Below, in pieces: positions 54,099 to 63,741 of a stretch of 64,000 nucleotides of DNA (the stretch's first letter is position 1; the number at the start of each line of letters is the position of its first letter). A model generated the notes under the pieces. The model ran no database searches. It had not been told where the DNA came from and saw nothing but the letters and a program-made list of their open reading frames with translations. Source of the DNA: an uncultured Acidimicrobiaceae bacterium (GTDB taxonomy: Bacteria; Actinomycetota; Acidimicrobiia; Acidimicrobiales; MedAcidi-G1); NCBI GenBank assembly GCA_913030665.1, contig CAJWFS010000003.1, positions 101 through 64,100 of the forward strand, written 5' to 3'. A program made the translations under genes and the position numbers.

Positions 54099-55525
54099 GG
54101 CTCCGGGGCGTCCTCGATCCCGGTGGCCAGGATGGCCGCCACAATGCCGGTACCCGCCGCAACTAGGTGGAGTAGCAGGAACCGTGTGCCGTCCACGGCG
54201 TCGGCCATCAGGGCGGTCAACACGGTGATGCCGACGGCAGCACCGATCTGCTGGAGCATGTTCATGGACCCGCCGGCGATGCCCAGGTCGTCGTCACCGG
54301 CTGCGGAGGTGACCGCGTTGGCGATCGTCGGTCGTATGTAGCCGCTGCCCGCCCCGGCCAGCATGGCGCCGCACAGGAACATCAGCAGCCAACGCTGGTG
54401 GGCACCGATCCCGGCCAGCACCATGGCCAGGGCGAACACCAGCATGCCCGTGATCGCCACCCGCCGTGCCCCGTGGCGGGGGTCGTGGTGGCTCCCTAGC
54501 CGGGCGCAGAAGGCGAACGAGAGTGGCCTGGGGAGCATCACCAACCCGATGATCGTCGGGCGGAAGCCCCAGCGGCGTTCCAACAGGAACGGTGCCATCA
54601 CCATCGCTCCCATGTAGCCCGACTGGAGGACGGCCTGGGCCAGCATCGGTCTGGTGAACGCCCTGCGCCGCAGGAGCGACGGCGGGAGGAGGGGCGCCTC
54701 GGTCCGTGTCTCCACCCGTACGAACAGTGTGAGTGCCAGGGGGGCCACGACGGCGGCGACGAGCACGATGGGGTTGGTCCACCCCCAGCTGATGCCCCTG
54801 TTGATGGCTAGGAGCAGACTGCTCACGCCCACTCCCAGGGTTATGGCTCCCGGGATGTCGAATCGGATGCCGACCCGACGACGGGTCTCGGGGGCGATGA
54901 AGACGCCGCCCACCAGGGCGATGAGCACCGTGCATCCCTGCACGACGAAGAGCGACCGCCAGCCGATCCACTCGATGAGTGGACCGCCCGTGACCACCCC
55001 GACGGCCGGGGAGAGGGCCACCACAGCGGCCCAGATCCCCAGCGCCCGGGTACGTTCCCGCTGCGGGTACACCGACAGGATCATCGCCATTGCCGACGGC
55101 CCGGATGCCGCCTTGGCGGCCTGGGCGATCGTCCGGAGCACGATCAGCGAGGTGGTGTCCCAGGCCAGGGCCGTTGCGAAGGCCAGCACGGTTCCGATGC
55201 TGAAGCTGACTAGGTAGGTCCGGCGGTGGCCGTAGAGGTCGCCGACCTTGCCGATTATGGGTGTGATCACGGCGAACGCCAGCAGTGGTGCTGCTATGAC
55301 CCACGTGATCGTGGAGTCCGCCGCTCCCAGGTCGTCTGCGATGCGGGGCAGCGACGCTGATAGCACGGTGACCGGGTAGCTGCCGGCCGCAGCGCCGAAG
55401 AGGGCGGTTATGAGGACGAGCCGCTGGTAGTCGCCACGTTGTCGTATCCGGGCTCGACGGGCCTTCAACCCGCCAGCCGGGTCTCCGGGTCTGGCACCGT
55501 CCCCTGCGTCCACCGGTCGGAACAT
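54089..55525 (-). CDS. MFS transporter (drug:H+ antiporter-like)
   Basis: Many hydrophobic segments plus 'GKVGDLYGHRR' (MFS motif A-like). I chose start ATG 55525. The 3' end overlaps the convergent hbd-like gene by 10 nt. Confidence 0.8.
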
Positions 55526-55575
55526 ACGGGTGCCCCGTTCGGAGGCCCGCAGCGGCGGCCGGTACGGTCCCGCTA

Positions 55576-56583
55576 GTGGACGACCGGATCGCATCGAGGC
55601 CCATTGGCATCGTTGTCAATCCACGGTCCGGGACCGATGTCCGTAGGTCGGTGGCGGCAGCGGGCAGCGTGACCGTCGAGGACAAGGCCAACGTGGTTCG
55701 ACGGGTGGTCCGCGGGGCCAGCGAGGCCGGGGCGCGCCACTTCATGGTCCACCACGACTCGCATCGCATCATTCGCAGGGCCACCGAGACGATGCGCGAT
55801 GTGGAGTTGTCGTGGATCGACATGGACCTGACGTTCACGGAGGAGGACACCGTCACCGCTGTGGCCGCCATGCGTGTCGCCGATTGTGCGGTTGTCGTCG
55901 TGATCGGTGGCGACGGTACGAACCGGGCGGCGGCCCGGGCCTGGCCCGACCTCCCGGTGGTGCCGCTCTCGACGGGCACCAACAATGCCTTCCCGATCAT
56001 GGTGGAGGCGACCGTGGCAGGCGCCGCCTGCGGCCACCTGGCTACCGGCCGGTGTCGGCTGGACGACGTGGCACGAATGGTCAAGGTGGTCCGCGTGACG
56101 CCGAGAGGAGCGGGCCTGCCCGATGACCTGGCCCTCGTGGACGCCGTTGCCGTCGATGACCCGTACGTGGGCTCGTTCGAGCTCTTCGACCCGGCGACGC
56201 TGAGGGTGGCGGTTGTGACCCGGGCCGAGCCGACGGCTGTGGGCTTCGCCGGTGTGGCGGGGCTGGTGGAGCCGGTGGGCCCGGACGACGAGGGTGGCCT
56301 ACTGCTCCGATTCGGGCCCGTCGCCGACTGCGACCGGGTGGTTCGGGGCCCGACGGCTCCCGGCCATTACGACGACCTGGGCCTGGCCGAGGTGCGACGG
56401 CTGGCCGAGGGTGAGGAGGTGGTGGTCTCCGGGCCGCTGCTCCTGGCCTTCGACGGGGAGAGGAAGCGGCGACTCGTGGCCGGCGAGGAGGTCATGCTGG
56501 CGGTCCGGCGCGACGGGCCCCGGGTGGTGGACGTGGCGGCCGTGATGTCCCGGGCAGCGGCCGACGGCGCCTACCTACGTTGA
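55576..56583 (+). CDS. ATP-NAD kinase-family protein (AcoX-like)
   Basis: 'IGIVVNPRSG', 'VVVIGGDGTNRAAA', 'PLSTGTNNAFP'. Confidence 0.75.
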   Translation: MDDRIASRPIGIVVNPRSGTDVRRSVAAAGSVTVEDKANVVRRVVRGASEAGARHFMVHHDSHRIIRRATETMRDVELSWIDMDLTFTEEDTVTAVAAMRVADCAVVVVIGGDGTNRAAARAWPDLPVVPLSTGTNNAFPIMVEATVAGAACGHLATGRCRLDDVARMVKVVRVTPRGAGLPDDLALVDAVAVDDPYVGSFELFDPATLRVAVVTRAEPTAVGFAGVAGLVEPVGPDDEGGLLLRFGPVADCDRVVRGPTAPGHYDDLGLAEVRRLAEGEEVVVSGPLLLAFDGERKRRLVAGEEVMLAVRRDGPRVVDVAAVMSRAAADGAYLR

Positions 56584-57324
56584 TGTCCACCCGCGGGTGT
56601 TGGCCGGCCAGGCAGCGAGGAGGTCTGCCACGTCCGCCAGTCGGTCCACTACCGGGAACTCGGCGGCGGCTGCCGCCATTGGATCCGGCTCCTCCAGCGC
56701 CCACGTCGTGGTGTGCGGTACGTGTATGGCCCGGCCACCGATCCCGAGTACGGGGAGCACGTCGGACCTGACCGAGTTGCCGACCATCACGAAGGCCGAT
56801 GGTTCGACACCGTGGCGGTCCAGCACCGCAGCGTAGGAGGCTTCATCCTTCTCGGCCAGGACCTCGACCCGCCAGAACCGGTCCGCCAGGCCGCTGCGGT
56901 TCACCTTGCCCATCTGGTCGTTCAGGTCACCCTTGGTGATGACGAGTAGGCGGTGCGTGGTGCCCAGGCGATCGAGCGCTTCGGTGACCCCGTCCAGGAG
57001 TTGGACGGGGTGGTCGAGCATCTCGTGTCCCCACGAGACGATGTCGCCGATCCACCTACCCTCCACCCGGCCGTCGGAGAGCTCGACGGCGGTGACGATC
57101 ATTGAGAGCACGAAGCCCTTCACGCCGTAGCCGTGGCTGGCGATGTTGGCCCTCTCGGTGGACAGGAGTGCAGCGTCGATCGTGGCGCTGTCGGCCCACG
57201 GAGACATCAGGTCCCGGAACCGCCCCTCCACCTCGTGGAACCGGGCTTCGTTCTCCCAGAGCGTGTCGTCGGCGTCGAGGCCCAGCACCGGGAGGTCGTC
57301 AGGCGGAAGGTCGGGGTTGGCCAC
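56575..57324 (-). CDS. HAD-superfamily hydrolase
   Basis: 'LGLDADDTLW' is the DxD motif I, and 'LVITKGDL' and 'MVGNSVRSD' also fit. Confidence 0.8.
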   Translation of the reverse strand: MANPDLPPDDLPVLGLDADDTLWENEARFHEVEGRFRDLMSPWADSATIDAALLSTERANIASHGYGVKGFVLSMIVTAVELSDGRVEGRWIGDIVSWGHEMLDHPVQLLDGVTEALDRLGTTHRLLVITKGDLNDQMGKVNRSGLADRFWRVEVLAEKDEASYAAVLDRHGVEPSAFVMVGNSVRSDVLPVLGIGGRAIHVPHTTTWALEEPDPMAAAAAEFPVVDRLADVADLLAAWPANTRGWTST

Positions 57325-57440
57325 GGCGGGAGAGCCTAGGTTCGATGACCGGCAGCGGAGGCCAGCGTGGTCGGCCCCGAGGGCCTCGCCGTGGCTCGGG
57401 TGTCCGCGAACGGTCGGACGCCCGGGGGTACCTTGGGTCC

Positions 57441-58007
57441 ATGCGGGACCTGTGTATGCGATCAGCGTGTCTCGGTATGGCTGACGTGCTGGTGGCGATG
57501 GACGTCAAGGGCCTGACCTTCACGGTCCATGATCTCAACGAGGTGGACGGACCGGGGGCCGTGGTGCTCTGCAGCCTGCACCTGGACAGGTTGAAGGCGC
57601 CCAGGGGATGGACCCTCGTGGACTCCCGGACCGGCGGAAACCTGATTCCGCTACCCAAGCGTCCCATGACCACCGACGAGGCCATTGACGAGGTGATGCG
57701 CCCCGTCGCCGATGTCGCACCGCTGCGTCCGGTAGCCGCCGCCGTCCACCCGCTGGAATCCGCCCGTTCGGCCAGGTCCCGGTCGGCACCAGCCGGGGTC
57801 CCTTCCCGGTCGGAGACACCGTTGCTGGCGCGGGCGTTCCTGGGGGTGGATCCACACCCGACCACGCCACGTGACCAGCCTTCGTCGGTGGAGGATCCTG
57901 TCGAGGAGCAGCCATGGGACCAGGACTGGGACCAGCGCGATCCGGGTGAGGCAATGGTTGGCCAAGACGACGAACAGCTCGTCTTCGGGGGCGATCCGGG
58001 AGCCTGA
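57441..58007 (+). CDS. DUF3499-family protein (actinobacterial) with an acidic disordered tail
   Basis: 'CMRSAC....LCSLHLDRLKAPRGWTLVD' fits my memory of the DUF3499 pattern (C..C ... C..H..RL..P.GW). Confidence 0.65.
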   Translation: MRDLCMRSACLGMADVLVAMDVKGLTFTVHDLNEVDGPGAVVLCSLHLDRLKAPRGWTLVDSRTGGNLIPLPKRPMTTDEAIDEVMRPVADVAPLRPVAAAVHPLESARSARSRSAPAGVPSRSETPLLARAFLGVDPHPTTPRDQPSSVEDPVEEQPWDQDWDQRDPGEAMVGQDDEQLVFGGDPGA

Positions 58008-58030
58008 ATGACACCGGTTGGCGCCTGACG

Positions 58031-59677
58031 GTGGTCTCCGTCCGGGCGCTGGTGTTCGCGGTCCTCGTGGTCGGCTGCGGTGGACAACCCGGCGAAGTGG
58101 CCGGTGGGTTGTTCCCCGAACCACCGGGTACGACGACCTCGACCCGACCGGTCACCACGGATCCACCCCTGGCCGGATCGACCTCCACCATTGCGGCCGG
58201 CGTTCCGTCGACCACCACGGGACCACCGACCGCCAGCGACCCGCCGGTCACAACCGACCCACCGACCGCCAGCGACCCACCGGTCGCCATGGATCCACCG
58301 ACCACCAGCCTCCTTCCGACGACCGGTTGGCCCGCCGGGAGCTGGGTAGACCCGTTCAGCATCGGCGAGCCGTGGGGGAGCGTGCCCGGCGTGCTCACGT
58401 TCCGCGGGTCGCCCACCCGGAGCTTCCACGGAACCGGCCCGGTCCCGACGGATCCGGTGGTGGCCTGGCGGTTCCCCCGCGACGCACCGATGTGCTCGCT
58501 CTCCACCGTCGGCGACGTCCAGAAGGAGTGGTGCGGGGTGGGTTGGACCGGCCAGCCTGCGGTGTTCCAACGCGATGGCCACACCTGGCTGGTGTTCGGG
58601 GGCCTCGACGGCAGGGTTCACTTCCTAGACGGGATAACCGGTGCCCGTCGGCTCCCGGACTTCACCACCGGCGACCTGGTGAAGGGTTCCGTGACGGTCG
58701 ACCCCGACGGCTACCCATTGGTCTACGTCGGGTCCAGGGACGACCTGATGCGCGTCATCGCCTTCGACCGGGACGAGCCGGTCGAGTTGTGGAGCCTCCA
58801 CGCCGAGGATTCCGGCCAGCCCCTCTGGAACACCGACTGGGACGCCGCCCCGCTGGTGCTGGCCGACCACCTGTTCGCCGCCGGTGAGAACAGCCGTTTC
58901 CACGTGGTCCACCTGCGCCGTGGCTACGACGCCGACGGCCTCGTCACGGTAGATCCGGAACTGGTCTGGTTCACCCACGGATGGGACAACCAGCTCATCG
59001 CCGACGTCGGGTACAACCTCTCGATAGAGAACTCGCCGTTGGTGATCGGCGACACGCTGTGGTTCGCCAACTCCGGTGGGCTGGTCCAGGGGTGGGATAT
59101 TGCCGGCCTGGCGATCGGCATCCAGCCGAAGCGGATCTTCCGCTTCTGGGTAGGCGACGACGTGGACGCCACGCTGGTTCCGGACGGCGATGGGATGCTC
59201 TACGTGGCCGTCGAGTACGAACGCGGGACCGACCGGTCCCACGAGTTGGGACAGGTCGTCAAGCTGGATCCCTCGAAGCCGTCGGATCCCCTCGTCTGGG
59301 CGATCGAAGCCCGTTCGGAGGCACCGTCGGGAATCTGGTCCACGCCTGCCGTGCACCGTGACCTGCTCATCGTCGCCACCAATGACGGTGAGGTCCTGGG
59401 CATCGACCGCGAGGCGGGCACCGTCCGCTGGACCCTGCACCTCCCCGGACCCGTCTGGTCGTCGCCGACCGTGGTGGACGACATCCTGGTGATCGGTGAC
59501 TGTGCTCCGGCCGGTCGGATCCTGGCGTTCGACGTGGCCGACACGACCGTCGTGCCTCCGTTGCTCTGGGAGGTACCGACGGGTGCATGCGTGGAGGCCT
59601 CGCCGACCGTGTGGAACGGCACCGTCTACATCGGCTCGCGCGATGGCTACATGTACGCACTGCGTGATCGCCGCTGA
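58031..59677 (+). CDS. secreted lipoprotein with a PQQ-like / BamB-like beta-propeller
   Basis: Lipobox 'VLVVGCGG' and a Pro/Thr-rich linker. Recurrent propeller-blade strings include 'LFAAGENSRFHVV', 'LWFANSGGLVQGWD', 'LIVATNDGEVLGIDREAGTVRW' and 'VYIGSRDGYMYAL'. Confidence 0.8.
   Translation: MVSVRALVFAVLVVGCGGQPGEVAGGLFPEPPGTTTSTRPVTTDPPLAGSTSTIAAGVPSTTTGPPTASDPPVTTDPPTASDPPVAMDPPTTSLLPTTGWPAGSWVDPFSIGEPWGSVPGVLTFRGSPTRSFHGTGPVPTDPVVAWRFPRDAPMCSLSTVGDVQKEWCGVGWTGQPAVFQRDGHTWLVFGGLDGRVHFLDGITGARRLPDFTTGDLVKGSVTVDPDGYPLVYVGSRDDLMRVIAFDRDEPVELWSLHAEDSGQPLWNTDWDAAPLVLADHLFAAGENSRFHVVHLRRGYDADGLVTVDPELVWFTHGWDNQLIADVGYNLSIENSPLVIGDTLWFANSGGLVQGWDIAGLAIGIQPKRIFRFWVGDDVDATLVPDGDGMLYVAVEYERGTDRSHELGQVVKLDPSKPSDPLVWAIEARSEAPSGIWSTPAVHRDLLIVATNDGEVLGIDREAGTVRWTLHLPGPVWSSPTVVDDILVIGDCAPAGRILAFDVADTTVVPPLLWEVPTGACVEASPTVWNGTVYIGSRDGYMYALRDRR
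58223..58310 (+). repeat. in-frame 36-nt-period tandem repeat (about 2.4 copies) encoding (T/M)DPPTASDPPV units in the lipoprotein linker
   Basis: The 27-nt core CCACCGACCGCCAGCGACCC(G/A)CCGGTC occurs at 58223-58249 and 58259-58285, with a partial third copy from 58295. Confidence 0.8.
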
Positions 59678-59791
59678 CCGGCGGGTCCTGCCGGATGGGA
59701 TCCGTACGGTTGCCCGCAGGTAGGTTCGGCGCTGTTCTCTCCCGCGCCCGCCGGGCGCCCGCCCGTGCCGCAGACGATCCAGGAGCCCTCC

Positions 59792-61003
59792 ATGGCCGAC
59801 ATCACCGAAGCCGAGATCCGGGACCTGACCAGGCAGCTGGTCGCCGACGTCTCGCCCGACGACGTCGACCAGTTCGAGTTCCGGGGCGCCCAGTTCGACC
59901 GTGGTCTGGCGCTGGTGCAGTTCCCCGTCGGCCTGGGTGGCCTGGGCTTGTCCAGTCGCAGGATGCAGACGGTCGTGGACGCCGAGCTGCGGGCCGCCGG
60001 AGTGACCTACCACGACCTCAACATCAACCCGATCGGCATCGGCATGGGCGCACCGGTGGTGCTCACCTACGCCACCGAGGACCAGAAGAAGCGCCTCCTC
60101 CGACCCATGTACACCGGTGAGGAGGTCTGGTGCCAGATGTTCTCCGAGCCCGGCTCCGGCTCCGACGTGGCCGGCCTCTCGTGTCGGGCCCTACGAGACG
60201 GCGACGAGTGGATCGTGAACGGGCAGAAGGTGTGGACCACGCTGGCCCACGTGTCGCGCTGGGGGATGCTGGTGGCCAGGACCGATCCGGACCAGCCCAA
60301 GCACAAGGGCCTCACCTACTTCCTGCTGGACATGGAGTCCGAGGGAGTCGACGTCAGGCCGCTCCACCAGATCACCGGCGAGGCCGAGTTCAATGAGATA
60401 TTCCTCACTGACGTCAGGATCCCGCATGACCGGGTATTCGGCGAGGTGGGAGGCGGCTGGGGTGCCGCGGTCACAACGCTCATGAACGAGCGGGTGGCTC
60501 TGGGTGGCGGCGTTCCCAGGAAGGGCTCGGGTCCGATCGCCGACCTGGTCAATCTCTGGACGGAGCGGAGGGACACGCTGGATCCGGTGGCCCACGACGT
60601 GATGCGCGACCGGGTGGCCGACCTGTGGACGCAGGCCGAGGCGCTTCGGCTCACCAACTGGCGGGCCCGTGAGGCCTCCAAGGGTGGCAACCCCGGCCCC
60701 GAGGGATCGGTCACCAAGCTCATGTCGGCCGAGATGAACCAGCACATCTACGAGACCTGCATGGACCTGCTGGGTCCTGACGGGATGGTCTACGACTCCG
60801 GCTACGAACGCAAGCGTCCCGACGGGATTCGGCTGACCGGCGGCGCCGGCACGAAGTACTCGTTCCTGCGGGCCCGGGCCAACACGATCGAGGGCGGTAC
60901 CTCCGAGGTGATGCGAAACATCCTGGGTGAGCGCGTCCTGGGCCTGCCCGGTGACGTGCGGGTCGATAAGGAGATCGCCTGGGTGGACGTGCCCCGCAAC
61001 TAG
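59792..61003 (+). CDS. acyl-CoA dehydrogenase
   Basis: 'FSEPGSGSDVAGL', 'WIVNGQKVWTT', 'IEGGTSEVMRNILGERVLGLP'. I chose ATG 59792, with AGGAG upstream. Confidence 0.9.
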   Translation: MADITEAEIRDLTRQLVADVSPDDVDQFEFRGAQFDRGLALVQFPVGLGGLGLSSRRMQTVVDAELRAAGVTYHDLNINPIGIGMGAPVVLTYATEDQKKRLLRPMYTGEEVWCQMFSEPGSGSDVAGLSCRALRDGDEWIVNGQKVWTTLAHVSRWGMLVARTDPDQPKHKGLTYFLLDMESEGVDVRPLHQITGEAEFNEIFLTDVRIPHDRVFGEVGGGWGAAVTTLMNERVALGGGVPRKGSGPIADLVNLWTERRDTLDPVAHDVMRDRVADLWTQAEALRLTNWRAREASKGGNPGPEGSVTKLMSAEMNQHIYETCMDLLGPDGMVYDSGYERKRPDGIRLTGGAGTKYSFLRARANTIEGGTSEVMRNILGERVLGLPGDVRVDKEIAWVDVPRN

Positions 61004-61016
61004 GGCGAAGCCGGGG

Positions 61017-62405
61017 TCAGCCCCGGTGCCAGGAGGTGCCCCGGGCTGAGTCCTCCAGGACTATTCCCCGGGCGGTCAGCTTGTCTCGGATGCGGTCGGC
61101 CCTGCCATAGTCCTTCGCCGCCTTTGCGACAAGGCGCTGGTCGACCAGGTCGTCGATCTCGGCGGTCTCGACATCGTCTTCAACGGCCCGTGCAGGGGCG
61201 GCGGCCGATCCCAGTTCCAGCCCCAGTACCCCGGCCAGGTGGGTGGCAGCCGCGTGCAGTCCGGCTGCGGTGGCGTCGTCCTCGGCGTCCAGTGCCCTGT
61301 TGGCGTCCCGTACGGCATCGAAGATCACCGCCAGGGCCTGTGGCGAGCCGAGGTCGTCGTCCATGGCGGATCGGAACCGGGCCACGACGTCTGCGTCCGG
61401 CCCGGTCTCGGGGAGGTCCGCGGCGGCCATCCGGTCGGCGAACTTGTCGAGGCGGGCAAGGGCGGCGGCTGACTGGTCGAGCGTTGTCGAGCCGACCTCC
61501 ATCGTGCGCCGGTAGTGCGTTTGGAGGACCAGCAGGCGCAGCGCCCGGGGGTCCCAGGTGTTGAGCAGGTCGTCCAGGGTGGTGAAGTTGCCAAGCGACT
61601 TGGACATCTTCTCGCCGTCCACCTGGACCATTCCGTTGTGGACCCAGTGTCGGGCGAAGGCCCGGTCGCATCCGAGGGCCTCGGCTCGTTCGTTCTCGTG
61701 GTGCGGGAAGACGAGGTCATCACCTCCGCCGTGGATGTCGAAGCCGTCCCCCAGCAGGTGCAGCGACATGGCCACGCACTCGATGTGCCAACCGGGTCTA
61801 CCTGGGCCCCACGGAGAGTCCCAGGTGGGTTCGCCCGGCTTGGCGGCCTTCCAGAGGGCGAAGTCCAGCGGATCGTCCTTGTCGTCGTCCACCTCCACCC
61901 GGGCGCCGGCACCCTCCCGGAGGTCCTCGACCGACCTGCCCACCAGGGCGCCGTAGTCGTCCAGGCGGTCCACGTCGAAGTAGACGCCGGAGGCGGTCGT
62001 GTAGGCCGTGCCCCGGTCGACCAGGTCGCCGATGACCTCGACCATCCTGTCCACGTACTCTGTGGCACGCGGACGTAGGTCGGGGTGGGCCACGTTCAGG
62101 CGGTCCATCTGGCCTATGAACGACGCTTCGTAGCGGCCCGCCACCTCGGGTTCGCTGCTGCCCTCGGCGGCGGCCCGGTTGATGATCTTGTCGTCGATGT
62201 CGGTGATGTTGGACACAGCGCACACGTCGTAGTCCGACCACCGCAGGTATCGGACCAGCACGTCGAACGCCAGCGTGGAACGGGCGTGCCCGAGGTGGGG
62301 ATCGTCGTAGACGGTGGGTCCGCACCAGTAGATCGACGCCTTGCCGGGGTCGCGCGGGGTGAACTCAACCTTTTCGCCGGTCAGGCTGTCGGTGAATCGC
62401 AGCAC
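61017..62405 (-). CDS. cysS: cysteine--tRNA ligase
   Basis: 'CGPTVYDDPHLGHARS' (HIGH), 'KMSKSLGN', 'MDDDLGSPQALAVIFD', and the C-terminal 'ARGIVLEDSARGTSW'. Confidence 0.95.
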   Translation of the reverse strand: MLRFTDSLTGEKVEFTPRDPGKASIYWCGPTVYDDPHLGHARSTLAFDVLVRYLRWSDYDVCAVSNITDIDDKIINRAAAEGSSEPEVAGRYEASFIGQMDRLNVAHPDLRPRATEYVDRMVEVIGDLVDRGTAYTTASGVYFDVDRLDDYGALVGRSVEDLREGAGARVEVDDDKDDPLDFALWKAAKPGEPTWDSPWGPGRPGWHIECVAMSLHLLGDGFDIHGGGDDLVFPHHENERAEALGCDRAFARHWVHNGMVQVDGEKMSKSLGNFTTLDDLLNTWDPRALRLLVLQTHYRRTMEVGSTTLDQSAAALARLDKFADRMAAADLPETGPDADVVARFRSAMDDDLGSPQALAVIFDAVRDANRALDAEDDATAAGLHAAATHLAGVLGLELGSAAAPARAVEDDVETAEIDDLVDQRLVAKAAKDYGRADRIRDKLTARGIVLEDSARGTSWHRG

Positions 62406-62440
62406 CGGGTCAGGATACGGCCGGCTGGCCCTATGCCGGG

Positions 62441-63646
62441 TCAGGTGGTGCGGACCCAGGACTCCGGGATGGTGGCGTCCAGACGCAGGCCCAGCAGGGC
62501 GGCAGCGCCGGCCAGCCCGGAGGCTGATGTCGGATCCTCACCGGACCCGGCCAGAATTCCGCCTGCCAGCAGGTCGATCGCATCGCGTGCTGTCACGGTG
62601 TCCAGGTTGTCGTCGAGTGCTGCACGCACTGCCGCCAGGGTGGGGGCGGGGTTCGGTCCCTTCGGCCGACGTGCCGCACTCACCAGCCTGTCCAGGCGGG
62701 TGACGGCGTCGTCGATGTCGTAGTCGAACCACTCGAATCCGGCCCGGTAGTGGTGGGCCATGAGGGCCAGTCGGATGGCTCGCGGGTCGTGCATGCGGCG
62801 CAGGTTCCGGACGAACACGAGGTTCCCCAGCGACTTTGACATCTTGGTGCCCTCGTAGGCCACCATCCCCACGTGCATCCAGTGGCGAGCCAGGGGCACC
62901 CCGGTGGCCGCCTCGCTCTGGGCCGCCTCACACTCGTGGTGGGGGAACGTCAGGTCGTCGCCGCCACCGTGCAGGTCGATGGTCTCTCCCAGTTCGGCCA
63001 TGGCCATCGTGGAGCACTCGATGTGCCAGCCGGGACGACCCGGCCCGAACGGTGAGTCCCATGACGGTTCACCCTCGGCGCTGGCCTGCCAGAGCACGAA
63101 GTCGAGTGGGTTGCGCTGCCGGGGGTCTTCGGGGTGTCCGCCGCGGTCGGCGGCGTAGGCGAGCATCGTGGACTCGTCCAGCCCGGTCATGGAACCGAAC
63201 CCGTCCCAGGTGGATATGTCGAAGTAGGTGTTGCCCTCCACCGCGTAGGTGTGGCCGCCGGCCTCGAGGCGACCGATCAGGTCCAGGATGCCGTCGACGG
63301 AGCCGGTTGCCGTGGGTTCGGCGCTGGCAGGCCTCAGGTCCAGGGCTGCCAGGTCGGCATGGAATAGCTCCATCTCGCGGGCCGCCAGGTCCTGGTAGTC
63401 GATGTCCAGGTCCCGGGCCTTGGCCAGGATGGAATCGTCCACGTCGGTGACGTTGCGGACCATCCGTACCTCGTGTCCCAGGTCTTCGAGGCGGCGGACA
63501 ACCAGATCGAACGTGAGGTAGGTGAAGGCGTGCCCGAGGTGGGTTGCGTCGTACGGGGTGATTCCACAGACGTACATCGACACCTTCTGTCCGGGCTGGA
63601 ATGGGACCACCTCGCCCCGGGCCGTGTCGTACAGGTTCATTCCCAT
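62441..63646 (-). CDS. mshC: L-cysteine:1D-myo-inositol 2-amino-2-deoxy-alpha-D-glucopyranoside ligase (mycothiol ligase)
   Basis: A CysS paralogue of ~400 aa lacking the CysS C-terminal anticodon extension: 'CGITPYDATHLGHAFT', 'DPLDFVLWQAS..GEPSWDSPFGPGRPGWHIEC', 'GGGDDLTFPHHE', 'KMSKSLGN'. The start is ATG 63646 or 63640. Confidence 0.85.
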   Translation of the reverse strand: MGMNLYDTARGEVVPFQPGQKVSMYVCGITPYDATHLGHAFTYLTFDLVVRRLEDLGHEVRMVRNVTDVDDSILAKARDLDIDYQDLAAREMELFHADLAALDLRPASAEPTATGSVDGILDLIGRLEAGGHTYAVEGNTYFDISTWDGFGSMTGLDESTMLAYAADRGGHPEDPRQRNPLDFVLWQASAEGEPSWDSPFGPGRPGWHIECSTMAMAELGETIDLHGGGDDLTFPHHECEAAQSEAATGVPLARHWMHVGMVAYEGTKMSKSLGNLVFVRNLRRMHDPRAIRLALMAHHYRAGFEWFDYDIDDAVTRLDRLVSAARRPKGPNPAPTLAAVRAALDDNLDTVTARDAIDLLAGGILAGSGEDPTSASGLAGAAALLGLRLDATIPESWVRTT

Positions 63647-63741
63647 GGGCGGGGACGGTAGCGGCCACCCTGCCCCAGCGCGGCCCCGGGCCTTGGCCCA
63701 AATGAACGTGGGTTCGGGTCCGGAGCCGGATGGACGGGGGC

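Noticed and set aside
59744-59758. The 15-bp GC palindrome GCGCCCG-C-CGGGCGC upstream of the acyl-CoA dehydrogenase gene.
   Set aside because: It is too GC-rich to be surprising in this composition, a 1-nt loop precludes a hairpin, and I saw no second copy.
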